From: Pyrolobus fumarii 1A
Lineage (GTDB): Archaea; Thermoproteota; Thermoprotei_A; Sulfolobales; Pyrodictiaceae
Reading direction: 5' to 3'
Length of the DNA stretch: 32,000 nt
NCBI RefSeq assembly: GCF_000223395.1
Contig: NC_015931.1
Span: forward strand, 1,260,001 to 1,292,000
The notes under the pieces were generated by a model that did not search any database, was not told the origin of the DNA, and was given only the letters and a program-made list of their open reading frames with translations. Made by a program: the position numbers and the translations under genes. This document shows positions 15,978 through 25,188 of this stretch, piece after piece (position 1 is the stretch's first letter; each line of letters begins with the position of its first letter).

Positions 15978-17396
15978 TTACTGCCCAGCCTTTTGACCCC
16001 TGTACTTCGGGTGATACTTCTTGATGAACTCCTCTTTGATGTTGGTTAGCTCGGACTCTGGTAGTATGCTCAGCACCTCCCAAGCGATGTCTAGCGTCTC
16101 CTCGAAGCTACGGTTCTCGTAGAAGCCTTGGCTTAGGAACCTCCTCTCGAACTCATCGGCGAACTTCAGATACTTGCGGTCTACTTCGGAGAGGCTCTCC
16201 TCGCCTACGATCGTGGCGAGCTGTCTTAGCTCCTGCGCTCTAGCGTAAGCCGCGAACAGCTGGTTGGCGACATCGGCGTGGTCCTCGCGAGTCTTGCCTG
16301 GACCGATACCATCCCTCATCAGCCTCGAGAGGCTCATTAGGACGTTGATTGGCGGATAGATGCCCTTGTTCCAGAGGTTCCTGTCAAGCACTATCTGGCC
16401 CTCGGTGATGTAACCCGTTAGGTCTGGGATCGGGTGGGTTATGTCGTCGTTGGGCATCGTTAGGATTGGCATCTGGGTTATACTGCCCTTCTTGCCGATA
16501 GCCCTTCCAGCCCTCTCGTAGATGCTCGCTAGGTCGCTGTACATGTAGCCTGGGTAGCCCTGCCTGCCCGGCACCTCTTCGCGTGCCGCGCTTATCTCGC
16601 GGAGAGCCTCACAGTAGTTTGTCATGTCGGTTATTATGACTAGCACGTGCATGTCCTTCTCGAAGGCCAGGTACTCGGCTAGAGTTAGGGCGACTCTTGG
16701 TGTCACAAGCCTTACCATTGGTGGCTCGTCAGCCAGGTTGATGAACATCGCTACTCTCTTGAGGGCGCCCGTCTCCTCGAAGAACTTGCGGAAGAAGATT
16801 GCCTCGTCGTGCTTCACGCCAATGGCTGCGAAGACGACAGCAAAGCCCTCCTCCTCGCCCCTGACGGTAGCTTGCCTCGCTATCTGCGCCGCGAGCATGT
16901 TGTGTGGTAGACCGCTGCCGCTGAAGATCGGTAGCTTCTGGCCGCGTACCAGAGTGTTCATGCCGTCGATGGCCGATACGCCAGTCTGTATCGGGTCCTC
17001 TGGCACGTCACGAGCGGCAGGGTTTAGAGGCTCACCGTTAACGTCGCGCTTCTCACCGCCGATTATTGGCGGGCCGCCATCAATGGGGTTGCCGAGGCCG
17101 TCGAAGATCCTGCCTAGCATCTCCTCGGATACGCGCACCTCGAGCGTACGACCTAGGAACCTCACCTTAGTGCCGGTCTTGGGGATGCCCGTTGTACCCT
17201 CGAACACCTGCACTACGGCCATACCAAATGCAGTGTCGAGTACCCTGCCCCTCCTCTTCTCGCCAGTAGGCAACTCAACCTCAACAATCTCATCGTAAGC
17301 CGCGTCACGCACACCCTCAACGATGAGAAGGGGGCCTCGTATCTCGCCGATAGACTCGTACTCTCTAACCCACGTCTTCTTACCTATAGCCGCCAA
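15978..17396 (-). CDS. atpB: A-type (V-type) ATP synthase subunit B
   Basis: The full-length match to the regulatory B subunit is unmistakable (..[25 protein letters not shown].., ..[32 protein letters not shown]..). TTG start. Confidence 0.95.
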   Translation of the reverse strand: MAAIGKKTWVREYESIGEIRGPLLIVEGVRDAAYDEIVEVELPTGEKRRGRVLDTAFGMAVVQVFEGTTGIPKTGTKVRFLGRTLEVRVSEEMLGRIFDGLGNPIDGGPPIIGGEKRDVNGEPLNPAARDVPEDPIQTGVSAIDGMNTLVRGQKLPIFSGSGLPHNMLAAQIARQATVRGEEEGFAVVFAAIGVKHDEAIFFRKFFEETGALKRVAMFINLADEPPMVRLVTPRVALTLAEYLAFEKDMHVLVIITDMTNYCEALREISAAREEVPGRQGYPGYMYSDLASIYERAGRAIGKKGSITQMPILTMPNDDITHPIPDLTGYITEGQIVLDRNLWNKGIYPPINVLMSLSRLMRDGIGPGKTREDHADVANQLFAAYARAQELRQLATIVGEESLSEVDRKYLKFADEFERRFLSQGFYENRSFEETLDIAWEVLSILPESELTNIKEEFIKKYHPKYRGQKAGQ

Positions 17397-17467
17397 AGCT
17401 CTACCCGCCCGGGTTGCTATGCGCTCCAGGGGAGTAGGCTAAGAAGACACCCCCACCCTCCCCACCA

Positions 17468-18205
17468 CTAGCATACCAAGTGTGCCGCGAGAAGCGTTAT
17501 CAGGGACGCCGTGTCTATACTCGGCTTTGGTTTGAACCTCTTGCTAGAGTAGACGAGCGAGCACCTCACGCCATCCTCGCACCGGTAACGAATGTACAAC
17601 GACCCGTTAGTAGCGTGTTCACCGTGTACGGTAAACCCTAGAATCGATAGCGCTGCTGCGAGGACTTCAGGCGAGTCAACTGGTTCAAGACTGCAACTCA
17701 CATCTCTACCCTGAGGTTCACACTCTATTCTACACCGTAGCTCGGAGCCGATACCTGCCTGGTAGTCGCGCGCGTCTGTGCACGCCTCCTCTAGTAGCGA
17801 GGAGAGCCAGTTAACATCAATGTGGTGAGAGAGGAGTGACGTGAATACAAGGGAGGCCGAAGCTATGCCCATCACGATGCCGGGTATTAGAGACAACCCG
17901 GCGACCAGTGGCGTCATAACAGCTCCAGCTACGCCTAAGAGGCCATAGAAGTCGCCCATCCTCTGCTCCAACACCGCCTCTATCCTAGACGTGCCACCCT
18001 CGCTGTGAACACGGAATGATATTCTCCTCCTAGAGCCCCACCTTACGCTAGGTAGTAATGGCCCGTGGACGACAGTTACTGTGCGTCCCCACTCTCCCGC
18101 CACCGGGACCCCGCCTCTCCGCAACGCCGCAGCCAGCAGCGACACGTAGAGAGCCTCTGGTTGGGTATTGCACCTTGTTACTATTACCCACAAGCCTGCG
18201 CACAC
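17468..18205 (-). CDS. Hypothetical membrane protein with an internal duplication, upstream of atpB
   Basis: A central two-TM hairpin (FYGLLGVAGAVMTPLVAGLSLIPGIVMGIASASLVF) is flanked by two soluble segments. These share SLLAAALRRGGVPVAGE / EVLAAALSILGFTVHGE. It is on the same strand as atpB, 71 nt upstream. The start is uncertain. Confidence 0.45.
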   Translation of the reverse strand: MCAGLWVIVTRCNTQPEALYVSLLAAALRRGGVPVAGEWGRTVTVVHGPLLPSVRWGSRRRISFRVHSEGGTSRIEAVLEQRMGDFYGLLGVAGAVMTPLVAGLSLIPGIVMGIASASLVFTSLLSHHIDVNWLSSLLEEACTDARDYQAGIGSELRCRIECEPQGRDVSCSLEPVDSPEVLAAALSILGFTVHGEHATNGSLYIRYRCEDGVRCSLVYSSKRFKPKPSIDTASLITLLAAHLVC

Positions 18206-18276
18206 TCCACTATAGTTGAGCTAGACTCTCTCATATCTGGCCTCGTCGCAGGAGCCAGAGCTAGGTGCACTAGACC

Positions 18277-19713
18277 GTGCCGGACGCGGTGGCTGTTGTT
18301 ACGCTGCTGGCTTGGCTCCTCGTACTACTCCACCTCCCACGCCTCGCCTACAATATAGCAGGACTTGCACGACGCAAGCAACACCTACAAAACCATGGTA
18401 AAGATGTGCGTCTAAGTGTGGTTATAGCTGCGAAGCAGGAGCCGATTCACCTCATAAAGGGGCTTCTCGTTAACCTCGCCACGCAGAGGTGTAAACCCTA
18501 TGAGGTCATACTGGTGTGGGACTGGCCTCGAAACGACTTTGAGAAGGTTGCCGAGAACCTCTGGAAGTTTGCTGATAGGCTCGGCTTGAGGCTACGCGTC
18601 GTCGCCAAACCTTGGCATGGTAGAGGCAAATCGTCAGTCCTCAACTTCGCGGCACGTCTGGCTACCGGTGACGCCCTACTAGTGATAGACGTTGACGATA
18701 GACTATGTGACGCTGACGTGCTGTGCAAGGCTTCAGAGCTGGTACGCAAGCACCACGCCGTCCAACTCGGTATTGTTGGTATTGCACCCTTCCATCACCT
18801 GCAGAGGCCCACCGCGCTAGCAATACACACAGGCTTCCGCGTGATGCACGAAGGAAGACACCGGCTAGGTCTTAGTCTGCTTCTTGTAGGCTCGGGCCTA
18901 CTTATAGACGCTAAGCTGGCCAGGCGCCTATTGTTTGACGAGAATGCCACTGTCGAAGATGTCGATCTTGCTGTGAGGTTAGCGGAGCTCGGCATAAGAC
19001 CTGCGCTACTATCAGATGCTCTCTGTATGTCAGGTGCTCCAGGGTACAGGGCATTCAGGAGGCAGCAAGCCCGATGGAGTTACGGCGTGGCGTGGGTTTT
19101 GAGAAAGAGAGCGCGTATACTGGCGCGCCTCGGTCCTCGTGGTCTAGAGCTTGCATACACTCTGGCTAACTATATCCTCGACCCATTGACCTCGATTGCG
19201 TCTGCCCTCGTGGCTGTTGTCGGCAGCTCACCACTACCACTCTATGCCTACACGCTCGTCATGACAACGGAGTCTATGCTGGCTACACTTCACGCGCGCA
19301 CCGCCCCAGTGGCAAAGAGAGCTAGGTCAATGGCCACTGCTGGCGCCTTCGGCATAGTCCTTCAACCGATTCTTTTGCTTCACTGGCTGAGAGGGTTTAG
19401 CGGCGCACCGGGCATCTTTCACGTTACGCCTAGAAGAGCAGGTAGAGGCGAGAGACCGGGACGCCTAGAGACTATTTACGCCACTCTACTTGCTCTCGCC
19501 GGCGCCATAGCCTGGTATCGATGGGGTTTCCTGGCAGCCTTTCCACTAGTAGCGCCACTCCTCGCGACACTATACCTGCACATTAGGCTGCCAGCACTTG
19601 CTAGCGGCTCGCCACAGCATCCTCAAGAGCCTTCACGGCGTAAACCATCGCCTCGTTCAGGGGCGTCTCGACGCCCTTCTCCCTCCCTTTCGCGACGACC
19701 GCGCCATTTATGA
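18277..19713 (+). CDS. Family-2 glycosyltransferase, membrane-integrated, processive type (cellulose/chitin-synthase-like motifs)
   Basis: SVVIAAKQE.., GRGKSSVLNFAARLATGDALLVIDVDD, VEDVDLAVRL and RRQQARWSYG (the Q-x-x-R-W motif), plus N- and C-terminal TM segments. GTG start. The last approximately 38 codons are P/S/R-rich and run antisense to the panE 3' end. Confidence 0.75.
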   Translation: MPDAVAVVTLLAWLLVLLHLPRLAYNIAGLARRKQHLQNHGKDVRLSVVIAAKQEPIHLIKGLLVNLATQRCKPYEVILVWDWPRNDFEKVAENLWKFADRLGLRLRVVAKPWHGRGKSSVLNFAARLATGDALLVIDVDDRLCDADVLCKASELVRKHHAVQLGIVGIAPFHHLQRPTALAIHTGFRVMHEGRHRLGLSLLLVGSGLLIDAKLARRLLFDENATVEDVDLAVRLAELGIRPALLSDALCMSGAPGYRAFRRQQARWSYGVAWVLRKRARILARLGPRGLELAYTLANYILDPLTSIASALVAVVGSSPLPLYAYTLVMTTESMLATLHARTAPVAKRARSMATAGAFGIVLQPILLLHWLRGFSGAPGIFHVTPRRAGRGERPGRLETIYATLLALAGAIAWYRWGFLAAFPLVAPLLATLYLHIRLPALASGSPQHPQEPSRRKPSPRSGASRRPSPSLSRRPRHL

Positions 19714-20551
19714 AGTCTATTTCGGTTCTCCTACCCGCCTCTATATCCTGGAGCATCGAGGACCTGTTGTAAGCCGTTGCCCTCGCCGTATCCTCAACTG
19801 CTTTCCGCGGCTCTCTAGGCAAGGGGATACCATGCGCCCTCGCAACAGTAGCCGCTTCCTCGGCGAGACCATATGCTAGTCTCTGTGCCCACTCAGAGTG
19901 CAACACGATGTAGTTTGGCGCGCCAGTTATCGCTGTAACCGGGTTTATAGCGGCATTAACGATAAGCTTGTCCCAGCGCCACGGTTCAATGCTACGGTCT
20001 ACCAGGTATGCGTTGAGATTAGCTTCTCTCAGCTTGTCAACGAGCCAACCTAGAAGGTGTTCAACACGGTCATGTAGCTTCTCACGCTGCCCTATGTAGA
20101 CGGCTGCCCCGCCCTCAAACCTTACCCTATTGTCCCCGAGCCTCGTAACACCGTAGTATGTCACCGCGGCAGCCGCCCTTTCAGCGCCAAGACTGTTCTC
20201 GAGTGCCTCTAGGGGCCCAAGCCCATTCTGCACACTAACCGCGACACCATTACGTCGCAACGTGACTTCAAGCAGGTCTATCGCTGCGGGGGTATCATAC
20301 GCCTTGACGGCAACTATGCCTATGTCAAACTGGCTACGAGGTGGAGATACAGCGAGGTATGCCTTGACACGCGCGTTTTCAAACCCACCTTCAACCTCTA
20401 CTATCACACCTTCACTGTTTATCACTTGGGCTTGCTCTAGACGCCTGCAGAGAAGCGCAACATCCACACCTGCGGATGCAAGCTTTGCCGCGTAGAAGAG
20501 CCCCATGGCGCCACATCCAATGATACACACTCGTGGCTGTCTTGCACTCAT
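19601..20551 (-). CDS. panE: 2-dehydropantoate 2-reductase (ketopantoate reductase, ApbA/PanE family)
   Basis: N-terminal Rossmann motif VCIIGCGAMGLFYAAKLASAG, then VQNGLG, and an ApbA-type C-terminal domain (SSMLQDIEAGRRTEIDFINGAVV). ATG start. Confidence 0.8.
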   Translation of the reverse strand: MSARQPRVCIIGCGAMGLFYAAKLASAGVDVALLCRRLEQAQVINSEGVIVEVEGGFENARVKAYLAVSPPRSQFDIGIVAVKAYDTPAAIDLLEVTLRRNGVAVSVQNGLGPLEALENSLGAERAAAAVTYYGVTRLGDNRVRFEGGAAVYIGQREKLHDRVEHLLGWLVDKLREANLNAYLVDRSIEPWRWDKLIVNAAINPVTAITGAPNYIVLHSEWAQRLAYGLAEEAATVARAHGIPLPREPRKAVEDTARATAYNRSSMLQDIEAGRRTEIDFINGAVVAKGREKGVETPLNEAMVYAVKALEDAVASR

Positions 20552-20596
20552 CAGATGCCAACCCCGCCACTACTAAGTAGAGAGACTAGAGCCCGA

Positions 20597-21100
20597 TTAG
20601 ACCTGGTGTTCTTGTGAACCAACTCGCATCGCGGCTACTACTGCTACACCCGTAGCGCCGGTTATACGCTCTCCAGCCACCAAGGCACCTAGTGGACCAG
20701 CAACAGGCCATAGTGCTAGCAGGAGTTTCCAGGGTATCCAGAGCCAAGGGTCTAGCAAGACCCCAGCCTCGCTTAGCATTCTCGACCTCCTCCCAATAAC
20801 CTCACCTAGCGCTATAATGAGAGGCGTGTAGAGGATACCGAGTGTCAACGCAGAGACCAGGAGCATAACGATTACCACGTTGCTCAGATCCTCGTAGCCG
20901 GGGGTCGCAGCTAGCATCCTCGATGCTGTGACCAACGTGTAGACCTGCACTATGAGCGATACGAGAAGCAACTGTACCGCTATGGCTGTTAGCGGCTCGA
21001 AATCCAGGATTATCGAGTAGATTAGCGCATAGAGGCCAACTAGGCTGGTGAGAGATGCGGTGAAAGACGAGCCGCCTAGATACGCTCTGGCAGCAGCCAC
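20597..21100 (-). CDS. Hypothetical integral membrane protein (about 4-5 TM)
   Basis: The 167-aa ORF is hydrophobic throughout. It overlaps the upstream MgtC/DUF4010 gene by 25 nt on the same strand. Confidence 0.45.
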   Translation of the reverse strand: MAAARAYLGGSSFTASLTSLVGLYALIYSIILDFEPLTAIAVQLLLVSLIVQVYTLVTASRMLAATPGYEDLSNVVIVMLLVSALTLGILYTPLIIALGEVIGRRSRMLSEAGVLLDPWLWIPWKLLLALWPVAGPLGALVAGERITGATGVAVVAAMRVGSQEHQV

Positions 21101-22344
21101 GCTATCGCCGCCAGGATTATGAAGCCAGCCGAGAAGATAAGGGATGTTCGTAGTGTACGCCGCGCAGCCTCAATGGACGCCATCCTCGCGTAAAGCGGTT
21201 TGTTCAACGTGGCTGCAGCCACTACAGCCGCGTAGGCGAGTAGATGCAGAGAGGGTGTAGGCGGAAGGTAAGCGGCAAGCGCGAACACTGTCGCCGTGGC
21301 ACTCACCACGCCTCCCAGTATAGCATACGCCACTAGCGTCTCGGGGCGGGAGAGTAGAGGACGGAGAATACTCGCAGCTAGGAGTAACCCCGTGTACATC
21401 ACGACTGTTTTCAGTGCGACGCCCAGCTCGAGAGGAGATACACTCACTAGTCTAGGGGCGCTCCTTGGCCTCCACGCGAAGACTAGTAACGTGTTTACCA
21501 GTAGGGGTAGGGCGAGGAGGGGAGCAACGCGCTCAACTAGTTGCAGACCGTGCGAGAGGACTGCTGCAGCCAGCGCCAAAGCTATCGTCTTATATTGCAT
21601 GCCTAGGTGTACATAGGGTACCAGCGTCTCTATCTCGCGCGGGTCTCGCACCTGCCGCGCTATTAGTGCTACAGCCGCTTCGCTATTCACGATGCCGCCT
21701 AGCAACGCGTAAACAACGGGACTAGCGCCCACGCGCCACGCTAGGTAGCCGCCAAAGCTAACCGAGAGCACGAGCAGGAAGAAGGTGTATATTGTCGATA
21801 GCTTCACGCCAAGGATCTCTACGTCGAGGCTGTATACCAGTGGGGCTAGTGCAAGGTAGAACAATGCTAGCTCGAATATCGCCAGTAGCTCCTCGTAGGA
21901 CACAGCCTTGACGAGTCTAGCGACGGGCGTCTTGATAGCGAGGAACAGTGTGGTGACAGCTGATGCCGCGACAGCCTCTACTATGAGGCCTAGCCCGGCT
22001 GCAAAACCAAGACTGTAGACCAGAAGCATCACTATTGGCGTGGTTACGCCGCCCGTTTTGAGCGTAAACAGTCTGTACAGCGTGTAGACTGTTACAACTA
22101 GCACGAACCCCGCTGTCAGGCTGAGCGGGTACCACCAGACTCCGCGCATCGTATCAAGGAGGTAACCTGCTACAGCACCGTAGGCTGAGAGGAGTCCGAA
22201 ACTCCGCAAACCTGGCAGCTCCTTGGCCTTGCTACTTCTTACGCGAGCCCTCTCCCTTTCCAAGCCGACTAGAGAACCAGCCAACAGCGCCGCAGCGAAC
22301 CTCGCCATGAACTCTGGGAACGCCACATCTAAGCCACTGTTCAA
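21076..22344 (-). CDS. MgtC/SapB-family N-terminal domain fused to a DUF4010-type polytopic membrane domain
   Basis: The N-terminus FAAALLAGSLVGLERE...LPGLRSFGLLS matches the MgtC signature (G.ER....G.RT). It is followed by roughly 10 more TM helices. Confidence 0.6.
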   Translation of the reverse strand: MNSGLDVAFPEFMARFAAALLAGSLVGLERERARVRSSKAKELPGLRSFGLLSAYGAVAGYLLDTMRGVWWYPLSLTAGFVLVVTVYTLYRLFTLKTGGVTTPIVMLLVYSLGFAAGLGLIVEAVAASAVTTLFLAIKTPVARLVKAVSYEELLAIFELALFYLALAPLVYSLDVEILGVKLSTIYTFFLLVLSVSFGGYLAWRVGASPVVYALLGGIVNSEAAVALIARQVRDPREIETLVPYVHLGMQYKTIALALAAAVLSHGLQLVERVAPLLALPLLVNTLLVFAWRPRSAPRLVSVSPLELGVALKTVVMYTGLLLAASILRPLLSRPETLVAYAILGGVVSATATVFALAAYLPPTPSLHLLAYAAVVAAATLNKPLYARMASIEAARRTLRTSLIFSAGFIILAAIAWLLPERI

Positions 22345-22362
22345 GCCCTGTCTCCCCTTACG

Positions 22363-23454
22363 CTAGTATCGCTGCTGCGGTGCCACTCGCCTAGTAATCC
22401 AACGCTCTACCAGGGTTGTCACAACTAGCGAGGCGAAGGCTAGAATCGATGATATGATGAGCGCCTCGACAAAACTAAGCTCTAGCACCGAGAGTGTGAA
22501 GAGGTGTAGCGAGGCTAGTGTGTACGACGCTGCCCATGCGGCTGTTGCGCGTCTCTCACCGAGCAGTCTTGAAACATGCGTGTAGTAGCCTATCTCGTAG
22601 AAGGGAAAGATTGGTGTTAGGAAGGCTGCTGCAAGCGCGTAGCCGCCTAGCTGCGAAGAGGCAACCATCCATATCGAGTAGGCTGCAAACGACGCCCTGT
22701 ATATCACGGTGCCGCCTATCCTATCGATAACCACGCCAGCGATCACCTTGCCAAGCGCACTGGTTAGACCGGTGCCGGCCAGAACAAGCGCATAGTGTAG
22801 ACTTGGTAGTTCGCTTGCAATCCTCCCCATTATTAAGGAGAAGCTAGTCTCCATCGCTACAATGAGCGGTGATAGAGCTAGGCTATATGCGAGCGTCTCG
22901 AGGGCCCCTACTCGCGACCCTCCTGGAGAGGCTGCGCCTTCCGGCAGGTTGGCAAGGAATATGACGTAACATCCGGTTATCATTAGGAAGGCTACCAGCA
23001 TCGAGCCCGTGAGCCCCGTAGCGTCGTATAGGAGGGGGCCTAGGAAGCCACCAAGAGACCAGCCTAGCGCGCCGGACGACAATACCACGCCTAGTTTACT
23101 GCTGCTAGAGCTACTCTCGAGTACGGCTGTCACTGTATGAGGACCAGCTATAGCCCAGCCTATCGAAGCTACGAGGACCCCTAGGCTAGAGTAGGGCCAT
23201 GGGATAACGGCGAACAATAGGAGGCCTAGCGCCTCAACGAAACCGAAGATGAGGAGGCCCCTATATCCCCTGGAGGCCGCCACGCTTGAGGATGGTATGC
23301 TTAGAGCAGAGGGTAGCGTCTCTAGAGCCGCTAGCAGGAGTATACCGCTAAACCCTATGATAGCCTCAAGGCTCCTGGATACAGAGTAGTATATCGCCCA
23401 GCCGCCTATGTGCAGCAGCACCGCCAGCCAGTAGAGCGCTAGCCTCTGCAACAC
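22363..23454 (-). CDS. MFS-type transporter (probable)
   Basis: About 10-12 TM segments and an MFS-like loop motif GKVIAGVVIDRIGG. GTG start. Confidence 0.55.
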   Translation of the reverse strand: MLQRLALYWLAVLLHIGGWAIYYSVSRSLEAIIGFSGILLLAALETLPSALSIPSSSVAASRGYRGLLIFGFVEALGLLLFAVIPWPYSSLGVLVASIGWAIAGPHTVTAVLESSSSSSKLGVVLSSGALGWSLGGFLGPLLYDATGLTGSMLVAFLMITGCYVIFLANLPEGAASPGGSRVGALETLAYSLALSPLIVAMETSFSLIMGRIASELPSLHYALVLAGTGLTSALGKVIAGVVIDRIGGTVIYRASFAAYSIWMVASSQLGGYALAAAFLTPIFPFYEIGYYTHVSRLLGERRATAAWAASYTLASLHLFTLSVLELSFVEALIISSILAFASLVVTTLVERWITRRVAPQQRY

Positions 23455-23571
23455 TCCTCGTCCTCAGTACTCCACGGCCGCCACAAACCAGGCTAGAAAA
23501 GCATATATGAGACCCCACGTAGGAGCATCGCGTGTTACAGAAGGTGGTCCACGGCCCAAAATACGATATTG

Positions 23572-23946
23572 TTACTCGATGGGCAGGCTGCTACGATCAG
23601 CGTAGTGCACTACATAGTGCTTTGGCTTCAGTTTCTCAACGATATAGTTGAACGCCTTCCAGGGGTCGCCACGCTCACCACAGGTGTAGACGTCGACAGT
23701 TGCGTACTTGTAATCCGGCCACGTGTGTATCGCCACGTGGCTCTCGAGGATGAGGGCTATCACCGACACTCCGCCGTGATACCCCGTGAACTTCCAGGAC
23801 TTCACTTCTACCAGCGTCATGTTCGCGACACGCACAGCCTCAATTACGAGCTTCTTTAGCCCCTCCTCATCCCACAACTTCTCCGGATCGATACCGTAGA
23901 GGTTCCCGTACACATGTCTACCAATTATTCTATCTTGCCTATCCAC
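23572..23946 (-). CDS. speH: Pyruvoyl-dependent S-adenosylmethionine decarboxylase proenzyme family (class 1b); could instead be the crenarchaeal arginine decarboxylase paralog
   Basis: [29 protein letters not shown] contains the E-S self-cleavage site and the HTWP motif. A GGAGGGGTGA SD tract lies upstream of the GTG start. Confidence 0.8.
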   Translation of the reverse strand: MDRQDRIIGRHVYGNLYGIDPEKLWDEEGLKKLVIEAVRVANMTLVEVKSWKFTGYHGGVSVIALILESHVAIHTWPDYKYATVDVYTCGERGDPWKAFNYIVEKLKPKHYVVHYADRSSLPIE

Positions 23947-23998
23947 CTTACCGCGTCACCCCTCCTACTATTGCCGTCGCAACGGCGCACCAAGGGGG

Positions 23999-24006
23999 TT
24001 TAAATA
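23999..24006 (-). promoter_or_regulatory. TATA box (minus strand TATTTAAA) for speH
   Basis: This is the best canonical TATA element in the spacer after the NMD3 stop codon. It lies about 55 nt upstream of GTG 23946, with the SD tract in between. Confidence 0.45.
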
Positions 24007-24012
24007 GGGTGG

Positions 24013-24753
24013 TTAGCGCGGCCTCTTAACCCTAACTGATATGGTTAGTCTCCTCCTCTCGATGCCGGTTGAAGTCATGCCGACTGTCTCTGCACTCCTC
24101 TTCACATCAACCACGAAATACTTGGAGAGTTCTGATACAATGCGTGAGGCTGCGCCCCTATCGCGAAGAAGTATGTCAATACCCCGCTTATCCTCAATTA
24201 TGTCGACTACCCATGGTGCCACCCTTCCACTATCAAGTATCCTGCCCAGCACCTCCACGAGCTTTGCATCAATACGCCCCCTAACCTGAACAAGCACATT
24301 GTAATCGCCTCCGCGGTCGTTCTTGCATGCCGGGCAAAGGCTAGGCACAGCCCTAACCTCTACAACGTACTCCTGACGTACAGGCTCTTCTACACCCTTA
24401 AGCCGTGCCTCGACAACTACGCGGTACACGCTTCTCCAGGAGGGGTACTGCAGAGGCTCAATGTTCACTATTTTGACGTCTTCGACTAGAGCATGGGCTG
24501 GCTTGACCCTCTCTGAGAGGTAGAGCTCCAGGTAGCGGCGCGATGCTTCCTCCAGTGGCAACTGCTCTACCCAGCGGTAGCCGTAGCGGATGGCGCCACA
24601 GGAACGACAATACTCGAAGTCTAGTCTTCCCGGTATCTCCACTAGCTTACGCTCTTCTAGGAAGCACTCGAGGCACATGCCGTCTATCACTGGCTCGCTG
24701 GCGGCGATGCGGCGGCCACAACGTATGCAACGATCCAGTCTCGTTGCGACTAT
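24013..24753 (-). CDS. nmd3: NMD3-family protein (archaeal homolog of the 60S export adaptor); N-terminus extended to a non-canonical ATA
   Basis: It has a four-Cys-pair architecture: CIRCG..(x12)..CLEC, then CRSCG ... CPAC. The first canonical start (GTG 24690) would delete the first CxxC, which is encoded in frame at 24718-24729. I therefore extend the call to ATA 24753-24751, which is preceded by GGGGTGAG. The conservative ORF is 24013..24690. Confidence 0.7.
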   Translation of the reverse strand: MVATRLDRCIRCGRRIAASEPVIDGMCLECFLEERKLVEIPGRLDFEYCRSCGAIRYGYRWVEQLPLEEASRRYLELYLSERVKPAHALVEDVKIVNIEPLQYPSWRSVYRVVVEARLKGVEEPVRQEYVVEVRAVPSLCPACKNDRGGDYNVLVQVRGRIDAKLVEVLGRILDSGRVAPWVVDIIEDKRGIDILLRDRGAASRIVSELSKYFVVDVKRSAETVGMTSTGIERRRLTISVRVKRPR

Positions 24754-24813
24754 ACTCTCACCCCATGAGAAACACGCGGTACGGTGAATGGGAGGAAGGA
24801 GGCTAGGCTGCAG

Positions 24814-25113
24814 CTACACGGTGTTTATCGTTAGTTGTGCGTACACCTCCTCAACCTGCTCTATACGACGCACACCGTCTATCCTCGCTATCACCTCGCC
24901 ATTCTTCACTATTATCAACGTTGGCACCTCGTACACGTCGTACTGCTCGAACAGTTTTCTCGTCGCGCGGTTATACGGCAACGCTAGGAAGACCGCCTCG
25001 CCGCGATGACTGGCAACGAAGCGCCTCCACTCTCTCAATATCCTCTTGCAGTAACTGCAGCGATTGTTGTAGAATAGTATCACTACCATGCCGCGGTACT
25101 GTTCCCTCGCCAC
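24814..25113 (-). CDS. Thioredoxin/glutaredoxin-fold protein
   Basis: CxxC active site in NNRCSYCKR, and the cis-Pro motif YEVPTLIIVKNGE. 99 aa. GTG start with GGAGG upstream. Confidence 0.75.
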   Translation of the reverse strand: MAREQYRGMVVILFYNNRCSYCKRILREWRRFVASHRGEAVFLALPYNRATRKLFEQYDVYEVPTLIIVKNGEVIARIDGVRRIEQVEEVYAQLTINTV

Positions 25114-25188
25114 CGTTGCTCCCAGCCTCCGGTAGCACTAAGAGTACAAGAGTAACGCCGTATAAGGCTTAAGCGGACGCAGAGTGAC

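Noticed and set aside
24811-24816. TAG read-through producing a thioredoxin-NMD3 fusion
   Set aside because: Sharing a frame has a one-in-three chance. The roughly 20-codon linker (LQPSLLPPIHRTACFSWGES) looks non-coding. Nothing suggests recoding machinery. Non-canonical initiation or a mutated ATG is the simpler explanation.
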